NCBI GenBank assembly: GCA_965202835.1
Contig: CBDBCA010000002.1
Location: 1,392,427-1,456,426, forward strand
From: Alphaproteobacteria bacterium
GTDB taxonomy: Bacteria; Pseudomonadota; Alphaproteobacteria; MPNO01
Direction of reading: 5' to 3'
DNA length: 64,000 bases
Shown here one piece after another: positions 9,195-18,864 of this stretch. The notes below the pieces were generated by a model. That model worked only from the letters and a program-made list of their open reading frames with translations, ran no database searches and was not told the DNA's origin. Position numbers and translations under genes: made by a program. Position 1 is the stretch's first letter, and the number at the start of each line of letters is the position of its first letter.

Positions 9195-9650
9195 TCCCGG
9201 TTGAGCGGACCGATTCGGCCACCTGCCGCCCGCCTTGCGCCAAGGGCGCGGCGGATGCCGCCGGACCGGATCGATCGAGGGTCAGTCTGAGAGAGAGTTG
9301 TCTCCGCTACGCCAGCGAGTTTGCGACTTGCACTTCTTGCAAATCCTTTCGCCGGCCCACGCACTCTCGAACATCTCACTGCACATCAGGCACGAACGCT
9401 CTCTGGCACTGTACCTGTGCTCCAACCCTTGCTCTTCAACTTCGTAGTCGAGTTCTTCCACATATCCACTCTATCCACAGACGCCTCGGAATGCAATGCC
9501 AAAATTGATTTGGCGACCCCCCTTCCGAAGTTTTTTGTTATAGGAGTGTGCGTGCAAAAGAGGTATCCGCAACGGGGTCGCGGTTCGCGCCCGTTTCGGC
9601 ATATGATGCGCGCCCTGCAACCGAACGGAGGCAGAATCGGAGGTCATGTC

Positions 9651-9866
9651 TTGAAAGAAGACTTGCTGGAGACGACCGGTACGGTAACCGAGAAGCTCCC
9701 CAACGCCATGTTCCGGGTCAAGCTCGAGAACGACCACGAGATCATCGCCCAGCCCAAGGGGAAGATGAGAAAATTCCGCATCCGCGTCATGGTCGGCGAC
9801 CGGGTCGACGTGGAGATGTCGCCCTACGACCTGAGCCGCGGGCGGATCACGTTCCGCCACAAATAG
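9651..9866 (+). CDS. infA: translation initiation factor IF-1
   Basis: 71-aa protein [68 protein letters not shown], closely matching the IF-1 S1-like fold. TTG start 7 nt after GGAGG. The ORF-track ORF 9321..9866 is an in-frame upstream extension. Confidence 0.9.
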   Translation: MKEDLLETTGTVTEKLPNAMFRVKLENDHEIIAQPKGKMRKFRIRVMVGDRVDVEMSPYDLSRGRITFRHK

Positions 9867-9951
9867 CCGCGCGGCGTACAACGCCGCCATCGGGCGCCGC
9901 GACGCCGCCCGGCATGCCGGGCACGGACGCCGCGGCGGGAGAGGACGAATT

Positions 9952-11628
9952 GTGACCGAAACCGGGCGCGCAGCGAACGTCGCGGGCATCCGGAGCCCAC
10001 GCGGGTCCGAGCTGACCGCGAAGAGCTGGGCCACAGAGGCGCCGCTCCGCATGCTGATGAACAACCTCGACGCGGAGGTCGCCGAGCATCCCGAGGAACT
10101 CGTCGTCTATGGCGGGATCGGCCGGGCGGCGCGCAACTGGGACTGCTACCGCGCCATCGTGGAGTCGCTCACCCGCCTCGAGGAAGACGAGACCCTCTGC
10201 GTCCAGAGCGGCAAGCCGGTCGGCATCTTCCGCACCCACCCCGACGCGCCCCGCGTGCTGATCGCCAATTCCAACCTGGTCGGCGGCTGGGCCAACTGGG
10301 AGCATTTCAACGAGCTCGACCGCGCCGGGCTGATGATGTACGGCCAGATGACGGCGGGCTCGTGGATCTATATCGGCAGCCAGGGCATCGTCCAGGGCAC
10401 CTACGAGACGTTCTCCGAGGTCGGGCGCCAGCATTTCGGCGGCGATCTCGCGGGCAGGTGGATCCTGACCGGCGGGCTCGGCGGCATGGGAGGCGCGCAG
10501 CCGCTCGCCGCCACCATGGCCGGCGCGAGCCTGATCGCCGTGGAATGCCAGCCGAGCCGGATCGAGTTCCGCCTGAAGACCGGCTACCTCGACACCGAAG
10601 CCGCCTCGATCGACGAGGCGCTCGCGATCGTCGAGCGCGCGCGGGCGGACGGAAAGCCGGTCTCGGTCGGGCTGCTCGGAAATGCGGCGGAGATCTATCC
10701 CGAGATGCTGGAGCGCGGCATCCGACCCGACGCGGTGACCGACCAGACCTCGGCGCACGACCCGTCGAACGGCTACCTGCCGGCAGGCTGGACGCTGGAG
10801 GAATGGGCCGACCGGCGCGAGCGCGACCCGGCCGGCGTCGCCGAGGCGGCCAAGCGGTCGATGGCACGCCAGGTCGAGGCGATGCTCGCCTTCCACCGCG
10901 ACGGCATCCCGGTGCTCGACTACGGCAATAACATCCGCCAGATGGCGTCCGAGGCCGGGCTGAGGGACGCCTTCGACTTCCCGGGCTTCGTCCAGGCCTA
11001 TGTCAGGCCGCTGTTCTGCCGCGGCAAGGGGCCGTTCCGCTGGGCGGCGCTGTCGGGCGATCCGGAGGACATCTACCGCACCGACGAGACGGTGAAGGAG
11101 CTGCTGCCCGACGACCGGGCCCTCCATACCTGGCTCGACATGGCGCGCGAGCGGATCCACTTCCAGGGGCTGCCTTCCAGGATCTGCTGGCTCGGGCTCG
11201 GCGATCGCGACCGGGTGGGGCTCGCCTTCAACGAGCTCGTGCGGTCGGGCGAGATAAGCGGGCCCATCGTGATCGGCCGCGACCACATGGATTCGGGCTC
11301 GGTCGCGAGCCCCAACCGCGAGACCGAGGGGATGCTCGACGGCACCGACGCGGTCGCCGACTGGGCGTTCCTCAACGCGATGCTCAACACCGCCTCGGGC
11401 GCCACCTGGGTCAGCATCCACCACGGCGGCGGGGTCGGCATGGGCTATTCGCAGCACGCCGGCATGGTGGTGCTCGCCGACGGCACCGACGACGCCGAAC
11501 GCAAGCTCGCTCGCGTGCTGTGGAACGACCCCGGCTCCGGCGTGATGCGCCACGCCGACGCGGGCTACGACATCGCGATCGAGACCGCCCGCGCCCACGG
11601 CCTCGACCTGCCGATGCTGGAGGGTTAG
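9952..11628 (+). CDS. hutU: urocanate hydratase
   Basis: 558 aa with urocanase motifs ([39 protein letters not shown]). GTG start. Confidence 0.9.
   Translation: MTETGRAANVAGIRSPRGSELTAKSWATEAPLRMLMNNLDAEVAEHPEELVVYGGIGRAARNWDCYRAIVESLTRLEEDETLCVQSGKPVGIFRTHPDAPRVLIANSNLVGGWANWEHFNELDRAGLMMYGQMTAGSWIYIGSQGIVQGTYETFSEVGRQHFGGDLAGRWILTGGLGGMGGAQPLAATMAGASLIAVECQPSRIEFRLKTGYLDTEAASIDEALAIVERARADGKPVSVGLLGNAAEIYPEMLERGIRPDAVTDQTSAHDPSNGYLPAGWTLEEWADRRERDPAGVAEAAKRSMARQVEAMLAFHRDGIPVLDYGNNIRQMASEAGLRDAFDFPGFVQAYVRPLFCRGKGPFRWAALSGDPEDIYRTDETVKELLPDDRALHTWLDMARERIHFQGLPSRICWLGLGDRDRVGLAFNELVRSGEISGPIVIGRDHMDSGSVASPNRETEGMLDGTDAVADWAFLNAMLNTASGATWVSIHHGGGVGMGYSQHAGMVVLADGTDDAERKLARVLWNDPGSGVMRHADAGYDIAIETARAHGLDLPMLEG
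11400..11628 (+). repeat. left copy of the roughly 229-bp direct repeat (3' end of intact hutU) flanking the inserted cassette
   Basis: Re-occurs at 13763-13991 with 4 substitutions, all synonymous in the hutU frame. Confidence 0.85.
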
Positions 11629-11788
11629 CCGGGCGCGAGGTTTCCTCCCCTTCCCGTCACGATGGCGGCGCGCCCGATGTCTCGCCACGACCGGTCGGCA
11701 AGCCGGTTACGCAACGCTGGCGATATTCTGCGCGCTGCCCCATGATGGCGGAATACTGCTGGGGAACATCCTCGACGCGGCACGTCCA

Positions 11789-13075
11789 ATGCGCATCGAT
11801 CGGCTAACTGTCTCGAACTTCAAGAAATTCGAAGAGGAAACCTTCGAATTTCATCGCCAATTCACGCTTCTGGTGGGCGACAACGGCGCTGGCAAGACGG
11901 CCGTCCTGGATGCACTTCGTATCGGCGTGGGTGCATACCTGCTCGGGATCCCTTACGGGCAAGCACCCTCGATCAAACGGGAATATGTGCGGCGAGAGAC
12001 CAGACGAAATGGGGAGTTCTCGACTTTCGAGCCCGTCACGCCATCCGTGGTCGGATGCGAAGGACGCGTGCATCTTTCCGATCTTCGCTGGAATCGCGAA
12101 TTGGCCTCGTTCCGTGGGCGAACGAATCGAGTCGGGGCGCGGGAACTTGTACGGTGCGTCGCCAAGTACTTTCGGGAAAACGATCCGGGAATGAACTTCC
12201 CGCTGATCGTTTCGTACGGCACGGGGCGTTTGTGGATCGAGCCGCGGACCACGAAGAAAGCCCGCTCCGCAGTCCGCGAGCCTCTCGGCCGGCTGTCCCG
12301 GTTCGAAGCCTATCGCGGCTGCCTTGGCCCAGCGGTTTCGTCCGAATTGCTGCGCCGGTGGATCAAGAAAATGGCGCTGATCGCGGTTCAAGAGAAGCAG
12401 TCGCTGGCGAGTCTCGATGCGGTCTATTCGGCGGTTGTGGGCTGCGTCGAGGGTGTGGACCGGGCGCTTTACGATTTCGACCTCGACGATATTGCGCTCG
12501 ATTTCGAGGATGGAGAACGTTATCCGTTCGGCTTCCTTAGCGACGGGCAAAGAAGCATGGCGGCACTCGCTGCCGACATCGCGTTGCGATGCGTTCAACT
12601 GAACCCACATCTGGCGGGGGAGGCGCCGCACGAGACCGAGGGCGTGGCGCTGATCGATGAGTTGGACCTCCACTTGCATCCGAATTGGCAGCGCGTCGTT
12701 GTGCGCAACCTGACCTCCCTCTTTCCGAAATTGCAGTTTGTCGCCACGACGCACTCGCCGTTCATCGTTCAGTCGCTCGACGGTCAAGGGCTGGTCAATC
12801 TCAGCGATCGGGGCGTTCTGGAGGAACGAAAGGAGCCGTACAGTATCGAAGACGTGGCCGAAGAAACCATGGGCGTGGATGCGCCACAACGGAGCAAGCT
12901 GTTTCTGGAAATGGAGGCTGCGGCGGGGCGCTACTACGAACTCCTTGATCGGTTGAGCGAAGACGATCCGGCCGTAATACAAGCGAAGGCGGAGTTGAAC
13001 CGAATCGAAGCGCGCTTCTCCGACAATCCGGCATACGCCGCTTTGCTGAAGCTGCAGCGTTCTGCGGCCGAGTAG
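11789..13075 (+). CDS. ABC-type (AAA_15/AAA_21-like) ATPase, Septu PtuA-like
   Basis: Walker A GDNGAGKT, signature-like LSDGQRS, Walker B ALIDELDLHLHP, H-loop TTHSP. Lower GC than its surroundings. Immediately followed by an HNH nuclease gene. Confidence 0.7.
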   Translation: MRIDRLTVSNFKKFEEETFEFHRQFTLLVGDNGAGKTAVLDALRIGVGAYLLGIPYGQAPSIKREYVRRETRRNGEFSTFEPVTPSVVGCEGRVHLSDLRWNRELASFRGRTNRVGARELVRCVAKYFRENDPGMNFPLIVSYGTGRLWIEPRTTKKARSAVREPLGRLSRFEAYRGCLGPAVSSELLRRWIKKMALIAVQEKQSLASLDAVYSAVVGCVEGVDRALYDFDLDDIALDFEDGERYPFGFLSDGQRSMAALAADIALRCVQLNPHLAGEAPHETEGVALIDELDLHLHPNWQRVVVRNLTSLFPKLQFVATTHSPFIVQSLDGQGLVNLSDRGVLEERKEPYSIEDVAEETMGVDAPQRSKLFLEMEAAAGRYYELLDRLSEDDPAVIQAKAELNRIEARFSDNPAYAALLKLQRSAAE

Positions 13076-13092
13076 CGGAAGCCAACAGCGCG

Positions 13093-13713
13093 ATGCGATC
13101 GGTCGAACGCGGATCGTGGCCGACCGAAAGCGACGGCCACCGGAAGTCCTTCTCCCAGTACGGGCACGTGAAAGCGCCGCTAATCGAAAGAATTGGCGAG
13201 TATTGCAGCTATTGCGAGCGTCCCGGCGACCTCCATGTCGAACACGTCGTTCCCAAATCTGTGAAGGACGACCTCGAAAATGAGTGGTCGAATTTCCTGC
13301 TCGGATGCGCAAATTGCAACAGCCGCAAGTCGGACAAAAACGCTTCGAGAGATGGGTATCTTTGGTCGGATCGCGACGACACGTTCGGCGCCTTCGTATA
13401 CCGGCCGGGCGGAAGGGTGTCGGTGAACGGCGGACTTGCGCGGCCGCAGCGTGGTAAGGCGGCGGCGCTGTTCGACCTTGTCGGGCTCGGCGAAACGGGA
13501 ACCCGCACCGACAGACGCCGCCGCAAAAGGCGCCAAGCCTGGGATCAAGCAGTCAAAGTTCGCGACCTCATCAACAACGGTAATTCAAGGACTCTTGCCG
13601 TCGACTTGGCTGTGGCAATCGGATTCTTCAGCGTTTGGATGGCGGTGTTTCACGAGGACAAAGATATGCGTAACCGCTTGGTAAACGCATTTCCGGGAAC
13701 GCGAACGGGATAG
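13093..13713 (+). CDS. HNH endonuclease, Septu PtuB-like (TIGR02646-type)
   Basis: HNH motif [19 protein letters not shown]...[12 protein letters not shown]. 18 bp downstream of the ATPase gene. Confidence 0.7.
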   Translation: MRSVERGSWPTESDGHRKSFSQYGHVKAPLIERIGEYCSYCERPGDLHVEHVVPKSVKDDLENEWSNFLLGCANCNSRKSDKNASRDGYLWSDRDDTFGAFVYRPGGRVSVNGGLARPQRGKAAALFDLVGLGETGTRTDRRRRKRRQAWDQAVKVRDLINNGNSRTLAVDLAVAIGFFSVWMAVFHEDKDMRNRLVNAFPGTRTG

Positions 13714-13762
13714 CGATCGTTTCCCCCCGAATGTCCCGACGACAGCCGATTTCGGTATCCAG

Positions 13763-13991
13763 CGCCACCTGGGTCAGCATCCACCACGGCGGCGGGGTCG
13801 GCATGGGCTATTCCCAGCACGCCGGCATGGTGGTGCTCGCCGACGGCACCGACGACGCCGAACGCAAGCTCGCCCGCGTGCTGTGGAACGACCCCGGCTC
13901 CGGCGTGATGCGCCACGCCGACGCGGGCTACGACATCGCGATCGAGACCGCCCGCGCCCACGGCCTCGACCTTCCGATGCTGGAGGGGTAG
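13763..13991 (+). pseudogene. displaced duplicate of the hutU 3' end (last ~76 codons), right copy of the direct repeat
   Basis: The translation [75 protein letters not shown] is identical to the hutU C-terminus. It has no upstream hutU body. Confidence 0.85.
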
Positions 13992-14054
13992 AGGGGACGG
14001 CGCCAGCGCCGTATCGAGGGACGGCATCCTCCACCGCAGCCGCCCGCCCCGATT

Positions 14055-14081
14055 GTCACCCCGGACTTGTTCCGGGGTGAC
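14055..14081. repeat. REP-like hairpin, copy B GTCACCCCGGActtgtTCCGGGGTGAC (11-bp perfect stem)
   Basis: Perfect inverted repeat. It lies between the hutU remnant and the convergent MBL gene. Confidence 0.7.
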
Positions 14082-14106
14082 AAACCCAGGGTGAGCCAGA
14101 CCCGCC

Positions 14107-14907
14107 CTACAGCGTCATCAGGTCCTCGCCGATGACCAGCGCGCCGGCGTAGTCGCGGCGAATGATCTCGCTGAGCTCGCGGGGTTCGGAGTCCGGCAGC
14201 ATGTGGGTGGTGACCAGCAGGCCGACATCGGCGTCCTTCGCCACCAGGGAAAGCCGTTCCGGCGAGGTGTGGGCGTGCGGGGTGTGGCTCTTGTCGATAT
14301 CGGGCGCCTTCCACCTGTCGTATTGCACGCATTCGTGGATCAGCACGTCCGCGCCGTGCGCGTGGCGGATCAGGTTCTCGCAGGGACAGGTGTCGCCCGA
14401 CAGCACGATCCGGCGGTCCTTCGATTCGAAGAGGTAGCCGAAGGGCTGATCCAGCGGATAGTGGTCCACGTCGAAGGCGGTCACCCGGACCCCGTCGACC
14501 TCGGTGGCGAGGCCCTGGTCGATCTCGTGCACCACGATGTTCGGCATCCCGCGCGGCGTCTTCCGGATCTTCATCCGCATTTCGAGGTCCGGGCGGTGCA
14601 TTTCCAGCAACTGCTCGACCATCGTCCGGATGCCCGGCGGCCCGTAGACGTGCCAGGGCGTGTCGCCGCCGTAGATCCAGCGGCAGATGATGAAATGCCC
14701 GAGATCGATGTAGTGGTCGGAATGGAGATGCGTGATGAACAGATGGTCGACCTGGTCCGGACTGACTCCCGCCTCGACCATGCGCGCGACGATGCCCGAG
14801 CCGCAATCGACCACGAAGTTGCTGGCGCCCGCGCGGACCACGTAGCCCGGGCCGCGGCGCTTGGGGTTAGGAAACGGCAGCCCGGTTCCCAGAAGGCTGA
14901 CTTGCAT
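14107..14907 (-). CDS. MBL-fold metallo-hydrolase
   Basis: HLHSDH metal-binding motif. Start at MQVSLLGTG. The upstream part of the ORF-track ORF is not coding. Confidence 0.8.
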   Translation of the reverse strand: MQVSLLGTGLPFPNPKRRGPGYVVRAGASNFVVDCGSGIVARMVEAGVSPDQVDHLFITHLHSDHYIDLGHFIICRWIYGGDTPWHVYGPPGIRTMVEQLLEMHRPDLEMRMKIRKTPRGMPNIVVHEIDQGLATEVDGVRVTAFDVDHYPLDQPFGYLFESKDRRIVLSGDTCPCENLIRHAHGADVLIHECVQYDRWKAPDIDKSHTPHAHTSPERLSLVAKDADVGLLVTTHMLPDSEPRELSEIIRRDYAGALVIGEDLMTL

Positions 14908-15041
14908 GGTGTCTCTCCCGGTCGGCGGTGCGAAGACCCGAACCGTACCACCAGCGGGGGTGGCGCACATGCGGGACACAGGTTTCCAGTTTAGGCGAAT
15001 TTCGGTATTGATTTGGTATGATATCAGCCCAATTTATGGGT

Positions 15042-15305
15042 ATGGAGTTCGAATTCGATCCGGAGAAGCGCGCCGCGAACGAGATCGAGCACGGCATCGA
15101 CTTCGATGACGCGCAGGCGCTTTGGGACGATCCCTGGCTGCTCGAAGCGCCGGCCCGGACGGAAGACGAGCCGCGCTTTATCATGATCGGCAGGATCGGG
15201 GATCGGCACTGGTCGGCGGTCTGCACGTTCCGCGGCGAACGCATACGGATTATCTCGGTCCGCCGCGCACGCAATGAGGAGGTCGAGCGCTATGAAAGCC
15301 CATGA
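15042..15305 (+). CDS. brnT: type II toxin BrnT (DUF497 ribonuclease)
   Basis: MEFEFDPEKRAANEIEHGIDFDDAQALWDDP...RIISVRRARNEE matches the BrnT family signature. It overlaps the downstream RHH antitoxin gene by 14 nt. Confidence 0.75.
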   Translation: MEFEFDPEKRAANEIEHGIDFDDAQALWDDPWLLEAPARTEDEPRFIMIGRIGDRHWSAVCTFRGERIRIISVRRARNEEVERYESP

Positions 15306-15516
15306 GTTCGACCGGGCCTTCGATTCCGGGGAGGATGTGAGCGGGCAGGTGGACTGGTCGCGGGCGCGGCGGGTGAATACCGAGTCCAGGCGCGTCAACG
15401 TGGATTTCCCGGCCTGGGTCGTCGCCGCGCTCGACCGGCAGGCCAGGATGCACGGCGTGCCGCGGCAATCCCTCATCAAGCTCTGGATCGCCGAACGGCT
15501 GAAGCAAATCTCCTGA
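15292..15516 (+). CDS. brnA: type II antitoxin BrnA (CopG/RHH-like)
   Basis: Small protein MKAHEFDRAFDSGEDV...PAWVVAALDRQARMHGVPRQSLIKLWIAERL. Toxin-first BrnTA order. Confidence 0.7.
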   Translation: MKAHEFDRAFDSGEDVSGQVDWSRARRVNTESRRVNVDFPAWVVAALDRQARMHGVPRQSLIKLWIAERLKQIS

Positions 15517-15622
15517 GGGCAGAGCGCGGGACGTTCGCGACCGCGTCGCAGCCCTCCGTCGCTGCCGCGGCTCGGGCGACAGCCGGCTCAGTCCTGCCGA
15601 CTGTCGCCCCGCGAACCCGCGC

Positions 15623-16630
15623 CTATTTCCAGACGCCGGCTTCCTTGTAGTACTTCGCGGCGCCGGGATGGAACTCCATGTTCGCCTTCTGGGCGGCGAA
15701 TTCGAGCGAGACCGCGTCCATATAGGGCGCGCTCTTGCGGATCCCGTCGAGATTGGACCAGAACAGCTTGGTCATCGTGTAGACGCTGTCGTCGTCGAGC
15801 CCGGTCCGCGCCGTCACCCCGAGAATCGCGTTGTTCGTCCAGACATCGGCCTCGTTGGTGTGGTTGGCCCCGTAGACGCCCTTCTTGATGACGCCCTTGA
15901 TCCGACCGAGCGGGGCGAAGAACTTCTTCAACGCCTCGTTCTGCAACAGGTCGGCCTCCTTCGGCACGCCGAGAAAGCGGATCCTGGAGGTCGCCGCGAC
16001 CTGCTGGAGCTGCGCGCAGGGATCGAGGCACCCGATGGTGTAGACATCGATCTGCCGGTCCTGGAATGCCTGCAGCGCCGAGGCGAAGTTGAGGTTCACG
16101 CTCTTGAAGTCGCCCTTCTTGGGCGAGAGTCCCGTCAGGGCCTGGATGAACCCGAGCCCGGTCACCAACTGCCCGCCGGACGGGGGACCGATGAAGGCCC
16201 GCTTGCCCTTGATGTCGGCCAGCGTCTTGATGCCGGAATTCTCATAGACCGTGTAGTGGAAGCCGCCGGCGGGGAACCAGAAGACCGCCTTCAGGTTCTT
16301 CGCCAGCTCCTTGACGCCCTTCAGCTTCTTGTAGATCCGGGTCCCCTTTTTCATCCACTCATAGGGAACCGGCGCGGTCATCGACATGTCGATCGAGCCG
16401 CGCGCCACATCGACCATGTGCTTGGTCGCCGTGCCGGTGGCGTCGACGGTGATCTCGAAGTCCTTCTGCCCTTGGTTCACCAGGTTGGCGAAGGTGGTCA
16501 TGACGAGATACATCGACGAGCCCGGCGCGATGGTCGACATCTTGATCTGCCGCTTCTGCGCCTCGGCGGGCATCGCTATCGCGGCCGCCAGCAACCCTGC
16601 GACGGCCAGTACGTTCCAACGCCTCATCAT
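15623..16630 (-). CDS. TAXI-family TRAP transporter solute-binding protein
   Basis: Signal peptide MMRRWNVLAVAGLLAAAIAMPAEA followed by a TAXI-type periplasmic domain. Its start overlaps the stop of the permease gene (ATGA). Confidence 0.8.
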   Translation of the reverse strand: MMRRWNVLAVAGLLAAAIAMPAEAQKRQIKMSTIAPGSSMYLVMTTFANLVNQGQKDFEITVDATGTATKHMVDVARGSIDMSMTAPVPYEWMKKGTRIYKKLKGVKELAKNLKAVFWFPAGGFHYTVYENSGIKTLADIKGKRAFIGPPSGGQLVTGLGFIQALTGLSPKKGDFKSVNLNFASALQAFQDRQIDVYTIGCLDPCAQLQQVAATSRIRFLGVPKEADLLQNEALKKFFAPLGRIKGVIKKGVYGANHTNEADVWTNNAILGVTARTGLDDDSVYTMTKLFWSNLDGIRKSAPYMDAVSLEFAAQKANMEFHPGAAKYYKEAGVWK

Positions 16631-18558
16631 GGATAGCCTCCCTCTTCCTGATTCGCCGGGCGCCGCTCGACGGACGAGCCGGCCATCCGGCTTTCGACCA
16701 CGAACGACGCCGCCACGCCGGCGGCGCTCACGCCCGCGACCAGCGGATCCGGTACCAGCACCGCGACGCCGGCGGCGATCCGCACGAATCTTTGTACCGG
16801 CCCGATGGGCCCGATGGAATAGGCCCCGAGCCCCGTCGCGAGCGCCACCGTCGAGACCAGGAAAACGCCTATTCCCCACGCCAGACCGACATAGGTGAAC
16901 CCCGTCTCCACCAACACGATGCTGGGGTGGTAGACGAAGATGAAGGGGATCAGGAAGCCCGCGATCGCAAGACGGACCGCGACCACGCCGGTCTCGATCG
17001 GTTTCGAGCCGGCAATGGGCGCGGCGGCGAAGGCGGCGATGGCGACCGGCGGGGTGATCGCCGACAGCACCGCGTAGTAGATCACGAAGAGGTGGGTGAG
17101 CAGAAGCGAAAGCCCGAGCTTGCCGAGCGCCGGCCCGATGATCAGCACGATGATCAGATAGGCCGCGCCCACCGGCACGCCCATGCCCAGCAGCAGGCAG
17201 CCGATCGCCATCACGACCAGCGACAGGAACAGGCTGTCCCCCGCGATCGACAGGATGGTCGCGGCGAACTTGATGCCGAGCCCCGACATGTTGACCATGC
17301 CGACGACGAAGCCGATCGCGGCAACGACGATCATGATGGTCGCGCAGGTGCGCCCGCCGCGCATCAGGGCGGCGAGGATCTTCCGGGGCGACCGGAACTC
17401 CGGATAGAGGACGAGCGACAGCACGAACGCCGAGATCAGGCCGTAGAAGCCGGCGTTCTGGGCCGTCCGCCCGGTCATCAGCACGTAGACGATGACACCG
17501 AGCGGCACGAAGAACGAGATCGAGCGGATCCAGTCGGTGGTGTCCAGCCTGACCCGCTCCGCCTTCGGGGTCGGCCGGAGCCCCTGCCGCCGCGCTTCCA
17601 GCCAGACCACGGAGAACAGGCTGAGGTAATACATCAGCGCCGGGATCGCCGCGGCCGCGATGATGGTGAGGTAGGGGATCCCCGTAAGGTCGGCCATCAG
17701 GAACGCGACCGCGCCCATCACCGGCGGCATGATCTGCCCGCCGGTCGACGCGGCCGCCTCGACCGCCCCCGCGAATTTGGACCGGAAGCCGGTCCGCTTG
17801 ATCATCGGGATGGTGAAGACGCCGGTGGTCACCACGTTGGCGACGGCGGCGCCGTTCATGGTGCCGAAGCTGGCGCTGCCGATGATCGCCGCGTGCGCCG
17901 GGCCGCCGCGCAGCGGGCCGGTCACCGCGAAGGCGAATTTGAGGAGCGTCGCGCCGGCGCCCGAGGTCTCGAGGACCGCGCCGAACAGGATGAACACCAG
18001 CACGATCTGGCCGACCACGGCGACCGGGCGGCCGAACACCCCGTCGGTGCTGTACCAGAGCTTCTCCGAGATCAGGAACCACTTGACCTCCGGGATGTTG
18101 AGCGTGCCCGGAATCAGGTTCCCGAAGAGCAGGATCACCAGCGAGAGCAGGCAGACGAGGAACAGCGGGAGGCCGAAATGCCGGTAGGTGAGGTAGAACA
18201 GCAACGCGATCCCGGCGAAGCCCACCAGGTAGTCGAACACCGAGAATTCGACGAAGAAGTCGAGCTGCTCCGTCATCAGCGTGATCCAGAGGTAGTAGAT
18301 CGGCGCGAGCGCGAGCAGCATCCCGGCGTTGAGCGCGATCGAGCCCCAGGCGACGTCCTCGCGCCTCACGTCCATGTTCTCGGTGGAGAAGCAGAGCAGC
18401 GAGATCAGGATCGGCAGCCCGGTGGTGCCGGCGCGCACCCAGACCTCGTCGAACACCCCGAACCCGGCGACGTAGATCGCGAACGCCGCCAGCCCGAGCG
18501 CGAGCACGTCGGCGACCCTCCGGCTATACGCGACGATGCGATCCCTTGGCGACTGCAC
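16627..18558 (-). CDS. TRAP transporter fused permease subunit (TAXI-associated)
   Basis: 643-aa polytopic membrane protein. Confidence 0.8.
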   Translation of the reverse strand: MQSPRDRIVAYSRRVADVLALGLAAFAIYVAGFGVFDEVWVRAGTTGLPILISLLCFSTENMDVRREDVAWGSIALNAGMLLALAPIYYLWITLMTEQLDFFVEFSVFDYLVGFAGIALLFYLTYRHFGLPLFLVCLLSLVILLFGNLIPGTLNIPEVKWFLISEKLWYSTDGVFGRPVAVVGQIVLVFILFGAVLETSGAGATLLKFAFAVTGPLRGGPAHAAIIGSASFGTMNGAAVANVVTTGVFTIPMIKRTGFRSKFAGAVEAAASTGGQIMPPVMGAVAFLMADLTGIPYLTIIAAAAIPALMYYLSLFSVVWLEARRQGLRPTPKAERVRLDTTDWIRSISFFVPLGVIVYVLMTGRTAQNAGFYGLISAFVLSLVLYPEFRSPRKILAALMRGGRTCATIMIVVAAIGFVVGMVNMSGLGIKFAATILSIAGDSLFLSLVVMAIGCLLLGMGVPVGAAYLIIVLIIGPALGKLGLSLLLTHLFVIYYAVLSAITPPVAIAAFAAAPIAGSKPIETGVVAVRLAIAGFLIPFIFVYHPSIVLVETGFTYVGLAWGIGVFLVSTVALATGLGAYSIGPIGPVQRFVRIAAGVAVLVPDPLVAGVSAAGVAASFVVESRMAGSSVERRPANQEEGGYP

Positions 18559-18864
18559 GTTCGGGCTCTCCCGGCCGGGCGACGGACAGGCGTGGCGAGA
18601 TTATAGCAACCCGGGCGCGGTGGGAGGGGTATTCCCCCTTCGGTCATGGTCGGGACCGTCCTGTTTCGTCATTTCCGCAACTCCGGGATTCGCATACAGC
18701 CTCCCATCACTGGTCTAGAATGGTCCGGCAGCGTGGCCTTGGGCGTTGCCAACCGACCGGATCGGCCCAGGGGCGAGTCGGCCGACCCTGCCGTGCGTGC
18801 CGCACAAGCGCGCTCGGCGCGTTGGGCCGGATAGGCCCACCGCGGGTCGTGGAGGAGATGCCGG

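Noticed and set aside
11629-13762. integrase or transposase within the hutU insertion
   Set aside because: None is present. The segment holds only the two cassette genes, so the insertion is described as a recombination-acquired cassette rather than an autonomous mobile element.
16610-16640. apparent 1-nt mismatch between my manual position count and the ORF-track coordinates at the TAXI/TRAP gene junction
   Set aside because: ORF-track coordinates are consistent elsewhere (verified at 11628, 15305, 15623, 24153, 46177, 50020, 54108, 57765), so I attribute this to my own counting and use the ORF-track coordinates.
18740-18775. sigma-54-like TGGCC...TTGC motif upstream of the OLD-like ATPase gene
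   Set aside because: The GG-to-GC spacing is 11 nt rather than 10, and there is no adjacent enhancer-binding-protein gene.
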